A DNA stretch of 47,500 bases, the filler included, from Jimgerdemannia flammicorona (lineage: Eukaryota), in NCBI GenBank assembly GCA_003990765.1. It is 2 parts of 2 records of this genome, joined end to end, with 100 filler letters (N's around TTAATTAATTAA, not from the genome) between each part and the next. Parts side by side here need not be neighbours in the genome. Positions count along the whole stretch, not along the records: positions 1 to 23,703 come from RBNJ01001076.1; 1 more part is not named here. One strand, 5' to 3'. Below the pieces are notes generated by a model. It worked only from the letters and a program-made list of their open reading frames with translations, was not told where the DNA came from and did no database searches. Of this stretch, positions 11,901 to 23,380 are shown piece after piece (position 1 is the stretch's first letter; each line of letters starts with the position of its first letter). The translations under genes and the position numbers were made by a program.

Positions 11901-13493
11901 ACCTGAGCAGAGGGTACCATGGGGGAGGCGGGGTTTGGCATAGTCGAGGATGGTAATGGCGGCAGGTTTTTCTCGTCGACGCTGGAATGTTGAGCGTGGT
12001 GGGATGACGAGTGGGACGAGTGGGACGACTGCGACTCACCGGAGGTGGACGGGTGCGGCTGCGGGAAAGGGCTGGGGGCGGCAGCAGGGTGGGTCTTGTC
12101 ATGGGCGTCCTTGACGGCAGGGTGAGCCTTGTCATATGCGTCCTTGGCGGCCTCGAGCTCGCGGCATTTGAGCTCGTAGGTGCGGCGGAGCTGTGGGGTG
12201 GGGAGAGGAGAAATTAGGATGTGGAGCGGAAAAAAAAAAAAAAGAAAGATGAATCGAGGGCATACCTTGGGAACGACTTGCCAACGCTGTTCGATATAGG
12301 CATCATTACTCTCCTGCATGCTCTTTTTGACCTGTTTGCGGATCTTCTCGTGACGTTCCTGGGGTCGTGGGAAGAATAACGTGCAGGCAAAGAGGTTGAT
12401 GTCAATTGAGGATCACGGAACGACAGGTGGACCGAGACAACAAGTTCCACTTCAATTTCCATTCTATTCTCCACACATAAAACCGAAATCTTGGTTCGCA
12501 TCGCTACCGTATGCGCCTCAGATCTACCTTCCCACCACGTCCCCATAGCCTCGTCCTAGGGCCACCACATTTTCCGTCTCTCCTTCTTTCACTCCACCTC
12601 CTCCAGCTAACCGCATCACCAACTACCACATTTCATCTCCTCCCCTCCTTTCACCTCTCTTGATGCGCATATTTCCGCCTTTCTACTGATTCCACCCAAC
12701 ACCCGAACGCCTCGCCTAACTCCATACCCTCTCGGTCCCCTCGACGCCTACCTTCATCGCCGTCAGTGTGTCATACGAATGCCTTAGCAAGGCGATCGTC
12801 TCCTTCCGCTGCTCGGCCAACTTGGCCGTCGACATTTGGAGCTGGGTCCAAGCGTCACGCGCCGTTGTGGTGAGAACGTCGAACTCGGTGAAGTTGCGTC
12901 TGGTGGAGCGAGGAGGGTCAGTAGGGAAGCGAGGAGGGTGACGATCTGGATATGCGCGCGCGGGATAATACTGACTCTTGGGGTTGGGGATCAACCTGCT
13001 TGGTGACCTTATCGAGGCCCTTTTGGTAGGCCTCTTCGACGTCGATGCTGTGGTGGTGGTGGTGGTAGTGGTGGTGGTATTTGGGGTGGTTGAGTCGTGG
13101 TACGAATTTTTTTCGATAATTGGATGGGAGAGATCTTGCTAATCCATTACACGATCCGTGCTAACTCACCGCTCCTTGTAATACACCAAAATCCTTGCTA
13201 GGTCTTCCAGGCTCCACTTCATCACGTCTCGGATCTTGCCACTGTGCACCTCAATCTCCATGACCTGCGGATTTTTCTTCGTTCCAGAAAGAGCGCATCC
13301 AGATATGCAGTTTTGGATAGGAAATGTATACAATCTTACGAATGAGTTTTGGGATCCATGGGACTCCCGTGGCTTTCCGGACCTCTCCCCAACAAACACT
13401 TCACACCCAATGACACACCTCGCCGTCAGCGGTGGACAGGCTCTTCCTGTTGTTTGCCCTTTTCTGCGGCTGCTGTTGCTGCTGCGGCTGCAT
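8966..13493 (-). CDS. F-BAR(FCH)-RhoGAP protein, Rgd1/Rga7-like, about 12 exons
   Basis: GT-AG exons join in frame (approx.): 13493-13419, 13264-13170, 13048-12978, 12899-12752, 12358-12266, 12191-11762, 11665-11586, 11467-11368, 11210-11068, 10988-10670, 10550-10446, 10331-8966. FCH motif YYKER|IDVEEAYQKGL; RhoGAP motifs IFGVTL, VPLIVERCI, EGIYRISG, LKIYLRELPEPL, NKMNLQNLSLIFTP. Start codon uncertain; an extra upstream exon is possible. Confidence 0.9.
9248..9631 (-). repeat. coding minisatellite, 16 x 24 bp encoding QQSVPAVA
   Basis: Plus-strand unit gcgacggcaggaacactctgctga. First and last ctgctg are 360 bp apart (9266 and 9626). Confidence 0.97.
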
Positions 13494-14347
13494 CGTTTCA
13501 GTATGTGTTTATTCTGGGTAGCCTACCGAGGGGGAAAGGGGGGGGGGGTTATATAAAGCAGTTGGTCAGAGGAACAGAGGAACGTGACTGTTTGGGTCGT
13601 CCCATTTAGGAAGCTTCAGTATCAGCCCCTCGACGGGGAGACAACCCTGCTTAGGGGGTCATGCGCGAATAATGACACCATTATACCTACACTATGTGGA
13701 CTGAGCTTCTCCCGTGCCTTTCTCGTGGAGGAGACAAGGGGGCGAGGACCGTAGGGGCGAAGACCGAGGGTGAAGGGGGAGAGTCAAATGCGAGTGGCAC
13801 ACCACGTGCCACAGCCACCCAAAACCCGCCACTCCTGGGTCCCTGGCCTAATACAAAACGAGCATTCGAAAGGAGGGAAAGGCAAATTCGGGCGCTCAAG
13901 CCATATCACTACCATCTTTCCCATACGGGTGGCTTCACGGCATTCCTCGTGGCCCTCAGCCAGGCGATCTATGTAAGAGATGTCGGCAGGCCCGCCCTTC
14001 CATATCTGGTCCGGCAAAGATGTCCGTTCCCACACACACCGGCAATCAAACCACCTCGTGGAAAAGCCCTTCATTTGTACACCTCTGTCTTTAATAATCT
14101 GATAGTCGTTCTTCGCGCGCGCAACTGACTGTCGTTCTTCGCTCGCGACGCCCGTTCCTCTTCCCCGTTCGAAGTGCAACCTGTCTTCCTCCTGTTCCTT
14201 CTAAAACATATCACCATCGCGGAATTCTCCACGTAATTAGCATGGCTCCGAGCCAACAGGATGCTCGAAGCATGATGACAAAAAAATTAATGGACGCCCT
14301 CATAACCGCGGTAAGAGAATGACGGGAGCGACAAATACGATTGATTC

Positions 14348-14384
<37 letters not shown>

Positions 14385-15814
14385 AAACCTTATGTACAAT
14401 GCATTAGAGACAAATGAATTTTGGCGCGAATGCCGACAAGCTTGTGGGCAAAGCGATACATGTGGCCCCAATTGCTCGGACTTGTTCGTTATTCGTCGCA
14501 CAGTTGCAGTAGGTATGGTATACAGAAGGGTTACATCGCGAACGCCGCAGTAAAGAGGAACGCTTCGGCGACAAATCCTGAGACCTGGGGCATAACAATG
14601 GATTCTGTTGATGCTGGTCTCAGGGTGTCCAGACCTATAGCCTGACGAGCAAAGGAGAGATGGATTTCAGGTTGAATTGAGAGACTTTTCGTCTAAATGG
14701 ATGAAAACATGAAAATTGGATACAAGATGCTTCATCATTATCAGTGAAAAGGTTATACCGTTCACCTAAACATTGTTAAGGGCTATACTTTTCCACAGCC
14801 ATATTCTTCCTGGCGCCCCAACCTCACGCGAGGGTGCACTTGATGCCCGAGCAGCATCTGCGTGTGGGATCCAGGCTGTATAATTGGCTTTCCTCCTTCG
14901 ACCCAATTCCCGTAGTACTCTACCTCTTTCGCCCCTCACTGAGCTCGGCTGCGGCTCTCTCAGCTATGCTCAGTTATCTTCATCATGTCGGTCTAGCCAC
15001 CTGCTTGCTGCGTCAAAGAAGGTGGCAATGATGGCGAGGTACCTTGTAACTGCAATAATATCCATCACAGCTCCCTAATGCAGAAAAAAAAAAAAAAAAA
15101 GGCAAACAGACCCGACGATGCGGTGCGAGTGTGCAAGCCGATCCCTCGCAAGGAGTTTAGCCTCCAGGGGTGAGGACGGAGGCTCGACGACGGCCAGGGA
15201 CACGGTCGCGGAGCAAGTCAGGAGAGATCACATGATCGGTTTGGGAAGCGTGCGTACACAGTGTAGTGATGGCCGCCTGGTTTTGCGGACAGGTGCTGCG
15301 AGTCTAGGATGTGGTGGCGAGCATCGCTGTTGCGAGTGGTGTGAGTTTGGCTTTTGTGGTGTTGACAGAATCGGTGCGAATGCTGCAATGAATCGTGGGG
15401 AGAGCATCACTCGGGGCTTTAGAGGAAAACTGTCATGCATGGAGAGCACTGTAATGCTCCCAGTTTAGGGTCCTTTTCGTCGAAGTAGCTCAGTCCATGC
15501 ACACTGACGTCACTCGGTTCGGAAATGAAACCTTGTCACGAATATAGATCTATATCTCACCCCAAATCCTTTCCACACCAGAAGATTATAAAAGGAGCTT
15601 TGCCAAAAGTATATATTCAACGTGTTTTGCGTAGGCTTCACCGATCCTCCTTTCACGCACGACATCGCATCGCATCCGCGCACCCAAACCCACATACAAG
15701 GTTTTCCAGAATGCCCAAATCCAAAGGGCTCTCGCGTTCGATATGAAGGGCGGCTTGCACATCCTTAAGGTTGGAGTCGACGGCTGACGGCCTGACTAAT
15801 CGCAATGGCGGTAG

Positions 15815-16083
15815 ATTGTCGCGTCAGTGTATTGTCGCGTCAGTGTATGGCGACGCGTCAAGTAGCAGAGTCCGAAGACGATTGATGCTCCGACGGTCTG
15901 TTTCTCCATGGAAGATGGCAAGGTTGATGATGAAGGGTGACAGAAAGGTTCAGCGATGAGACAAGATGGGGGAGTATGAATGGATGCTAGTCTGGACAGG
16001 CGATCCGATAAGAAGCACAAATTATGCCAACACCCGCGCTGGTTTGTCAGATATGATGCCATGGGTGGCTTATAGCCTATATC
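15815..16083 (+). promoter_or_regulatory. putative MET5 promoter elements
   Basis: 16-bp tandem duplication attgtcgcgtcagtgt (15815-15846) plus a third GCGTCA copy. ATGATGCCAT at 16053-16062 fits the CYS3/MetR bZIP consensus ATGRYRYCAT. TATA-like tatat near 16078. Confidence 0.45.
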
Positions 16084-16189
16084 AGAGCAACTTTTTTTCT
16101 CATCTGCTCCTCCTCCTCGCGTTCAATTGCGAGTGGACATATATCGTTCCTTGTACATATCCTCATCCATCCGATCGAAACTAATCTGA

Positions 16190-19100
16190 ATGTCCGGCCT
16201 GAATATTGTCAACGGTGAGACCGCCGCCGCGTCCGTCGCCTACGCAACGAGCGACGATGTCTTCGTGTTCGCACATCAAACATCCTCCCCCGCCACCCAC
16301 ACTCTCACCCGCCTCGCCCAGTCCAACACCCCCAATCTCCTGAACGCAACTCCAAAGGTTCACACCCTCCCGGCGGAGGCCGACCCAGCTTCGCGCCTTC
16401 ACGAGCCTCTGTCCGCCGGCTCGCTCGTCTCCGTCGTGGCTTCCTCGCGTTCCCTCCTGGCATCGATTCCGCACCTCTACAAGGTGGCCTCCGATGGCGC
16501 CGCCCTGGTCGTCCACGTCTCGGCCGAGCACCGCTCTGCCCACGCGTCCTCCTTCGGCGACTTTTCCGACGTCATGGCCGTTCGCCAAACAGGCTTTGCA
16601 CTCCTCTCCTCCGCCTCCGTTCAAGAAGCCCAGGACCTCGCCGCCATCGCCCACGCCGCCTCCGTCGTCTCGGGAACACCCTTCCTCCACTTCTTCGACT
16701 CCCGCCGCGTCTCCGCAGAGTCCACAAACATCGATCTCCTCTCCGCAGACATCCTGTCTAAGCTCCTCACCGACACAGACATCACAGCCTACCGCGCCGC
16801 TCTCAAATCCCGCGCAGCCGCAGCCCCGAGATCTGCATACCTCCGCTACAAGCAGAAACCAGCCGTTGACCCAGCAACCCCCTCCGTTGCCACCGCCGTC
16901 CGCGACATCATGCATCGCTTCGCAGACCTCACGGGTCGCACTTACCTCCCTCTCGAGTACAGTGGCCACCCGCACCCGCGCACCGTCATCGTCGCCATGG
17001 GCGCTGGCGCAACCGTTGTGGAGCACACCATCCACCGTATTCGCGACGACTCGGACGCACGCGTAGGCCTCATCCGTGTCAGACTCTACCGCCCTTGGTC
17101 CGACGCAGACCTGATCGCTTTGCTCCCCGACACCGTTACACGTGTGGCCGTCCTCGAGCCGACGACGGACCACGCCAGCGCGTGGAACCCCTTGTTCTTG
17201 GATGTTGCCGCTGCTGTACAGGCCGCGAGGGAGAAGGTCGTGGTTGTTGGAGGACGGTATGGCGTTGAAGAAGCAGATCTGGCACCCCATGATGTTGTCG
17301 CCGTGTTGGAGCATCTTGACGGTGAGTCCGCTCCCGCACAGAAGTTCGTCGTGGGCCGACGATCCGCGTCTGCGGATTTGGACTCGGACGTCGTGGTCAT
17401 CGTAGGCGAGTCCCGTCACGAAGTCAAGATCCTTCCTGAGGGAAGCCGTCAAGCAATTGTACTCTCTGACGCCTCCGAGCCCGACGCGCACACCTTCGCC
17501 ATCGCGTTCGCTGAGGCCATCACCGTCGGCGAGGCCAGTCACGACGCCGCCAAGCGAACCGTCCAAGCTTACAGCTTCCGCACGGGGTCCAGCCACGCAT
17601 CGCATTTGCGATACATCACGGCTCGATCGGCTCCGCTCCCGTCTCTCGTGACCCGCTCACATGTCGTCGCCATCCGACGCCCCGAGAACGCCGACGCTGA
17701 AACTACGATCAATAGGCTCGTCGAAGGTGGACTTGTCGTCTTGAACGGGCCTTGGAAGGATGTTGGTGCGCTTGGTGCCACGATCCCGGCGGCGACGAGG
17801 AGGGCCATTAGGAGTAGACGTGCCCGCCTTTTTGTCGCGGACGCGCGGGCGTATGGCTCCGAAGCCGAGGACGCCGCACTTCTCGTCGCGTTGCTCGGGC
17901 TGCATTTCCAGAAAAACAGAGAAGCGCGCGAGCGGGCCCTGGGTGTCGCGAGGGCGAACTTCCCCCTTCATTTTGATCACGTCCGTGATGCGAGTGTGAA
18001 AATGCTCGACGTACCCGAGGAATGGGCCTCGGCCGAGGACTCCTTCGATCACGCCAAACCTGCTCATTCCGCGCACGAACCCCGCGTCTCAACCAAGCTC
18101 CCCGTCGAAACTCCTTACGTCAAGCTGCTCGACCAGGTCTTTGGGCCTCGTCTCCACATCGCCAACGCCGTCAACGCCGCATCGGTATGGACTCCCTCGG
18201 CCTCCGATCCGGCATCAAGCAACCCGGAGTTTGGGTACGGATTGCTCCTCGCCCAGATCCAACGCCGTGACCGCCTCGTTGACCTCGTGCGAAACACGCT
18301 CGCCGATAACACAGTCCACACACCGCCCGACCTGCATCGCGCACTAACCCAATGGCTCCTGGCCGCCAAGCCCGCCGATGGTTCGAGGCCGGCACACAAG
18401 AAGGTCGCCGTCGCGGCTGGTGAGGCTGCTACCCTGCTCGAAAAACATCACGCAATCCACCCCCGCCTCGCAGAGATCCACACCGCAGTCGATCTGCTCC
18501 AACCCCGCTCCAACTGGCTCCTCGGATCCGACACGTGGTCCTACGACCTCGGCCAGTCAGGCCTGCACCACGTCATCACATCGGGAGAGGACGTTAACCT
18601 CCTCATCGTCGACACCACCCCCTACTCTCGCGGCGAGGTCGACCGCGAACGAAGGAAGAAGGACATCGGCCTCTACGCTATGAACTTTGGATCCGTCTAC
18701 GTCGCATCCGTCGCTCTCTACTCCTCTTTCACTGGCGTCCTCAACGTCCTCATGGAGGCCGACGCTTTCCAAGGCCCTTCCGTCGTCCTCGCTTATCTCC
18801 CGCAGCCCTCCGAAAACCCTACCGCCATTGACGTCCTCACGGAGACAAAGATTGCCGTCGACTCTGGCGCGTGGCCCCTGTACCGATGGAACCCGGCGCT
18901 CGAGCACGCGGGTCGCGAGCCCTTCTGCCTCGACTCCGAGCGCATCAAGCGCGACCTCGAGGAGTTTCTCGAGCGTGAAAACCACCTCTCTTTGCTCGTT
19001 GCCCAGCAGCCGGACCTGTCGCGCACGCTCGTCTCGTCTCTCGAGCGTGATGTTCGCGGAAGGCATGAAGAGCTTAAGCGTCGTGCTAGGGAGGATTACG

Positions 19101-21328
19101 CCCGGCTACTCTCTGGGTTGTCCGGCGAGGCCACCGGTCCGCCGCTCGCTGTGCTGTTCGGGTCCGATAACGGGAACGCCGAGGGCGTCGCGAAGAAGCT
19201 CGCCGCGCGTGCGAAGGCTCGCGGTCTCAAGACGAAGCTGATGGCGCTGGACGATTACCCGGATGTGCAGGATCTGGCGAGCGAGGGAAACGTGGTGATC
19301 GTGTGCTGCACGGCGGGACAGGGCGAGTTCCCGTCCAACGCGCGCGAGTTCTGGCGCGCACTGAACGCGCTCTCGGCTGCCGACCTGAACTTGACCGACA
19401 CCAGATTCGCTGTGTTTGGCCTAGGCGATAGTCACTATTGGCCCAGGCCCGAGGATGCCCACTACTACAACAAGCCCGCAAAGCTCATCGACGCTAAGCT
19501 CAACGCCCTCGCCGCAGGAAAGCTGACCCAGCTCGGCCTTGGTGACGACCAGGACGCAGACGGATTCGAAACTGGCTTGCAGGCCTGGACCCCCGAGCTG
19601 TGGCTGGCGCTCGGTGTCGCTGACGTGGTGGCAGAGGCCGAGCCCCCCAAGTTCAGCGATGAGAATAACAAGCTCGTGTCCAATTTCTTGCGCGGTACCA
19701 TCGCACAGGAGCTCTTGGACGAATCCACCGGCGGCATGAAGGAGTCCGATACTAAGATTCTCAAGCACCACGGGTCTTACATGCAAGACGACCGCGACCT
19801 GCGCGAGGAACGACGCAAAATGGGAGTTGAAAAGGCGTTCAGTTTCATGATCCGCGTCCGCTGCCCTGGCGGTGTTGCCACGCCTAAGCAGTGGCTCGCT
19901 ATGGACGAACTCGTTGACCAGTACGCCGGCGCCGCGCTCAAGCTGACCACACGCCAAGCCTTCCAATTCCACGGTGTGCTCAAGCGGAATCTGAAGACAA
20001 CCATCCGCGGGATCAACAAGGCCCTGCTAAGCACGCTGGCTGCGTGCGGAGACGTCAACCGCAACATCATGTTGAATCCCAACCCGCACCTTTCCAAGAT
20101 CCACAAGGTCGTCTACGACTTCAGCATCCGCCTTATGGACCACCTCGCCCCGCGCACCTCCGCCTACCACGAGATCTGGTTGGACGATAAGCAGGTGGCG
20201 GGTAACGCCGTGCAGGACTTTGAACCCTTGTACGGCCTCACCTACCTGCCGCGCAAGTTCAAGGTCGTCATCGCCGTCCCACCCAACAACGACGTGGATG
20301 TGTACGCCCACGATCTCGGTTACATCGCCATTACCGAAGGCGACGAGCTCGTCGGATATAACGTCACTGTCGGTGGTGGCATGGGTATGACCCACAACAA
20401 CGCCAAAACCTACCCGCGCACAGCAGACGTCATCGGGTTCTGCACACCTGACCAGGCCGTCGATATCGCCGAGAAGGTCATGCTCGTCCAGCGCGATTTC
20501 GGAGACCGCACCAACCGCAAGCATGCACGCCTTAAGTACACTATCGACGACCGCGGTATCGAATGGTTCAAGGCCGAGGTTGAGTCGCATCTGGGATACA
20601 AACTCCAGGAGACCCGCCCGTTCCACTTCACTGATAATGCGGACCGTTACGGATGGACCAAGGGCATTGACGACCGCTGGCACTTTGGCATGTTCATCGA
20701 GAACGGAAAGGTCAAGGACTGGCCAGATTTCCCCGTCAAGACTGGTTTGCGCGAGCTCGCTAGATGGCATAGGGGCGACTTCCGCCTCACCCCGAACCAG
20801 CATCTCGTCATTGCTAACGTACCGGAAGAGGACCTCGAGCGCACAAAGGCCCACCTTGCTCAGTACAAGATGGACAATCTCAACTTCACCGGGCTGCGTC
20901 TTAATGCTATGGCATGCGTCGCGCTCCCCACTTGCGGTCTTGCTATGGCAGAGTCAGAGCGCTACCTACCCTCCCTCGTCACCAAGCTCGAGCGCGCCGT
21001 CGAGGAGGCCGGATTGCGCGACGACGCTATCACCATCCGCATGACCGGGTGCCCTAACGGGTGCGCCAGGCCGTATTTGGCGGAGATCGCGTTCGTCGGG
21101 AAGGCACCCGGAGCGTACAATTTGTACCTTGGCGGAGGGCATAAAGGCGAGAGGTTGAATAAGCTGTATAAGGAGAGCGTGAAGGAGGCCGAGATCTTGG
21201 CGGAGCTCGAGCCAATCATTAAAAGGTATGCCAAGGAGAGGAACGACGGCGAGGTGTTCGGCGATTGGGTTATCAGGGCAGGATATGTCAAGGCTACCAC
21301 GGCAGGGAAGAATTTCCATGAGCAGTAG
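16190..21328 (+). CDS. MET5: assimilatory sulfite reductase beta subunit (PFOR-like N-terminus, flavodoxin, siroheme/4Fe-4S hemoprotein), intronless
   Basis: 1712-aa ORF. PFOR-like GDFSDVMAVRQTGFALL and RVRLYRPW; flavodoxin VLFGSDNGNAE, TAGQGEFP, FAVFGLGDSHY; SiR motifs HGSYMQDDRD, LTTRQAFQFHG, CGDVNRN, LPRKFK, CVALPTC, GCPNGC. Confidence 0.96.
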   Translation: MSGLNIVNGETAAASVAYATSDDVFVFAHQTSSPATHTLTRLAQSNTPNLLNATPKVHTLPAEADPASRLHEPLSAGSLVSVVASSRSLLASIPHLYKVASDGAALVVHVSAEHRSAHASSFGDFSDVMAVRQTGFALLSSASVQEAQDLAAIAHAASVVSGTPFLHFFDSRRVSAESTNIDLLSADILSKLLTDTDITAYRAALKSRAAAAPRSAYLRYKQKPAVDPATPSVATAVRDIMHRFADLTGRTYLPLEYSGHPHPRTVIVAMGAGATVVEHTIHRIRDDSDARVGLIRVRLYRPWSDADLIALLPDTVTRVAVLEPTTDHASAWNPLFLDVAAAVQAAREKVVVVGGRYGVEEADLAPHDVVAVLEHLDGESAPAQKFVVGRRSASADLDSDVVVIVGESRHEVKILPEGSRQAIVLSDASEPDAHTFAIAFAEAITVGEASHDAAKRTVQAYSFRTGSSHASHLRYITARSAPLPSLVTRSHVVAIRRPENADAETTINRLVEGGLVVLNGPWKDVGALGATIPAATRRAIRSRRARLFVADARAYGSEAEDAALLVALLGLHFQKNREARERALGVARANFPLHFDHVRDASVKMLDVPEEWASAEDSFDHAKPAHSAHEPRVSTKLPVETPYVKLLDQVFGPRLHIANAVNAASVWTPSASDPASSNPEFGYGLLLAQIQRRDRLVDLVRNTLADNTVHTPPDLHRALTQWLLAAKPADGSRPAHKKVAVAAGEAATLLEKHHAIHPRLAEIHTAVDLLQPRSNWLLGSDTWSYDLGQSGLHHVITSGEDVNLLIVDTTPYSRGEVDRERRKKDIGLYAMNFGSVYVASVALYSSFTGVLNVLMEADAFQGPSVVLAYLPQPSENPTAIDVLTETKIAVDSGAWPLYRWNPALEHAGREPFCLDSERIKRDLEEFLERENHLSLLVAQQPDLSRTLVSSLERDVRGRHEELKRRAREDYARLLSGLSGEATGPPLAVLFGSDNGNAEGVAKKLAARAKARGLKTKLMALDDYPDVQDLASEGNVVIVCCTAGQGEFPSNAREFWRALNALSAADLNLTDTRFAVFGLGDSHYWPRPEDAHYYNKPAKLIDAKLNALAAGKLTQLGLGDDQDADGFETGLQAWTPELWLALGVADVVAEAEPPKFSDENNKLVSNFLRGTIAQELLDESTGGMKESDTKILKHHGSYMQDDRDLREERRKMGVEKAFSFMIRVRCPGGVATPKQWLAMDELVDQYAGAALKLTTRQAFQFHGVLKRNLKTTIRGINKALLSTLAACGDVNRNIMLNPNPHLSKIHKVVYDFSIRLMDHLAPRTSAYHEIWLDDKQVAGNAVQDFEPLYGLTYLPRKFKVVIAVPPNNDVDVYAHDLGYIAITEGDELVGYNVTVGGGMGMTHNNAKTYPRTADVIGFCTPDQAVDIAEKVMLVQRDFGDRTNRKHARLKYTIDDRGIEWFKAEVESHLGYKLQETRPFHFTDNADRYGWTKGIDDRWHFGMFIENGKVKDWPDFPVKTGLRELARWHRGDFRLTPNQHLVIANVPEEDLERTKAHLAQYKMDNLNFTGLRLNAMACVALPTCGLAMAESERYLPSLVTKLERAVEEAGLRDDAITIRMTGCPNGCARPYLAEIAFVGKAPGAYNLYLGGGHKGERLNKLYKESVKEAEILAELEPIIKRYAKERNDGEVFGDWVIRAGYVKATTAGKNFHEQ

Positions 21329-21639
21329 GAAGGGAGATATTTATTTGTAATTGTTTTTATAGTTGGTTTGGCCTAGTTTATTGTATTATAATCATAGGTT
21401 TGTATTCATTCATGAGACTTTCAGTTTAGATTATGTTTTGACCGATTACTGAATGAAAATAAAACCGGTGAACTACTCATTGTTAAAACGGATGCTACCA
21501 GCCAGAGATAATTTTCTAGGACATGTCGATGAAATAGGTCCCCCAAACAGTTTAGAATGGTCAGACAATATTGGCGGGCCCAACTGGATAATCGCGGTAT
21601 CTTATTAATGCAAAGCACTCAATTCAACCAATTAACCCA

Positions 21640-21673
<34 letters not shown>

Positions 21674-22617
21674 GTTGTTGTTGTTGTTGTTGAGAGGTCT
21701 GAAAATTGGCTCTGCTTAAAGTTGAGTTGTATATAATAATAATAATATGGTTATTTCTTCATTTGGAATATCTAATACTTAGAACTTTAGAGAGATCAGA
21801 TTGAAATATATTCTTATAGAATAATGTTACAATTTATTAATATTAGATTTATATTTCTTAAATAAGCTTAGTATGCTAAAGTCCTATGGTTATAATAGCT
21901 TAGTTCTACCTCTTAATAGTTTCTAAATATAGATTTAAGAATATTTAATTTATAGATAGAATAATAACTCTACAATTTCAATTTTTTAATTATCTTAGGC
22001 AAAAATATCTTTATAACTTAAGTTTATATTATATACATACACATCGTAGAGTGAACTGATTGTATGTCTGGTTGGTGGCCTCAACTCCAAACACATTTGT
22101 AAACTAGCGAATCCGAAAAACGCATGCAGCAAATTCCAGAACTCTTCCCCCTCCCCAACTACCCCTCACTTCCCTGAAGAGTTTCCTAGGTTTCCATCCT
22201 ACCCCTTGGGCATTGTGTAGTTACAAGCTAACTATTGCCATGAAGGCCAAACAATTACATCCAGACGTAATCCTTCACATTAAATCATTTCCCTTCACCA
22301 ATTTGCGAAAATGGCCAAACTCTTCTCATACATTCGAGCCTTTCGACTTGATTGCGCACTACAACCTATACACCTCTTTCATAGCAAGTCAGACGATTGA
22401 TCTCTCTGGCTTAGCATCGATGGACATTACTAATTCAACACCGAATATACTCTTCCTGATATTGAAATCAGTGGATGGGTAGCATTTGGCTGTTAATTGT
22501 TATGCAGTGGTTGATCACCACTTAGCATAGCATCGGTACAGCTTACGGGCGGATTGCGGCGTCGCTTGCGGGAATAGGAAACACGTGCCGCATTTCCTCC
22601 TCGAACCCGCATTGCAA

Positions 22618-22730
22618 AGCACATATTGCAGAACATATTGTAGAATACGTATTGTAGAGTCCGCAGTGCACGCATACACGCACTACAGAGCACGCATTAC
22701 AGAGCACGCATTACAGAACACGCACAGAGC
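22618..22730 (+). repeat. short degenerate 12-14 bp tandem repeat
   Basis: acatattgcaga/acatattgtaga grading into cacgcattacagag units. Confidence 0.75.
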
Positions 22731-22968
22731 AAGCCGCACAAGTCACAAGCCGCCTGTCATTGTAATTCCCTGTCATAGATGCCTTTGGATCCTTCTTACA
22801 TTGCAACACAACTCTTCAGGTGAAGTATGTTTCACGACCCACCATTTTCACTCCGTCTGCCTGTTATTTCATTCGTCATTTTAACGCTTTCATTTCTGGC
22901 TTTGTCAATGTTCATGCGGTTTGGATTTGGCTGACACTTTTGATATCTTGGTCTGCCTTTCCATTAGC

Positions 22969-23380
22969 TCATGGACAAAATTACGACACAGACCAGAACT
23001 CCATCGCTGAGAAGTTTAAAGCGACTATCGACTTGGCTAGATCTTACACCATCAAGGAGTTTGAAGTGATCAACGACTGGCTCAAGTGGGGCTCGACCAA
23101 AATCAGCCAAGCAGTGGACTTGGCTGGACTGATGTTGACGGTGATGTTTTGCCAGGTTTCACGTTGAAGGTGAATATGATTGATGAAGCCCTCGCGCAGG
23201 TATGCTGTGGCTATTATTTCATCCTATTACTTATGCCTGCCACAGGATTTATCGGAACCGCCATCGTCTGGAGGAGAACCGTACGACTGCACTAAATGCG
23301 GTGCAAATTTCCCAAATATTTACGCTTATATGAAGCGCCTTGAAACTCGGCATGCACGCAAGTACCGCCGACAGCGTTAG
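22969..23380 (+). pseudogene. possible spliced gene remnant ending in a degenerate C2H2-like finger
   Basis: Acceptor ccattag before 22969 and an intron gtatgc...cacag at ~23200-23245. A frame change is needed near 23110. Ends YDCTKCGANFPNIYAYMKRLETRH, with the first His ligand absent. Confidence 0.3.

Noticed and set aside
13687..15470. Short ORFs between the RhoGAP gene and MET5 as genes
   Set aside because: No recognisable domains, and several cross poly(A/T) runs. A possible extra RhoGAP 5' exon near 13928-14074 could not be supported.
16190..19140. Recent horizontal transfer of a bacterial PFOR
   Set aside because: The PFOR-flavodoxin-SiR fusion is the established fungal Met5 architecture, and the PFOR catalytic motifs are degenerate.
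16181..21319. Long antisense and alternate-frame ORFs over MET5 (e.g. 474 aa at 16181-17605)
   Set aside because: Expected shadows of a GC-rich, codon-biased gene; no recognisable motifs.
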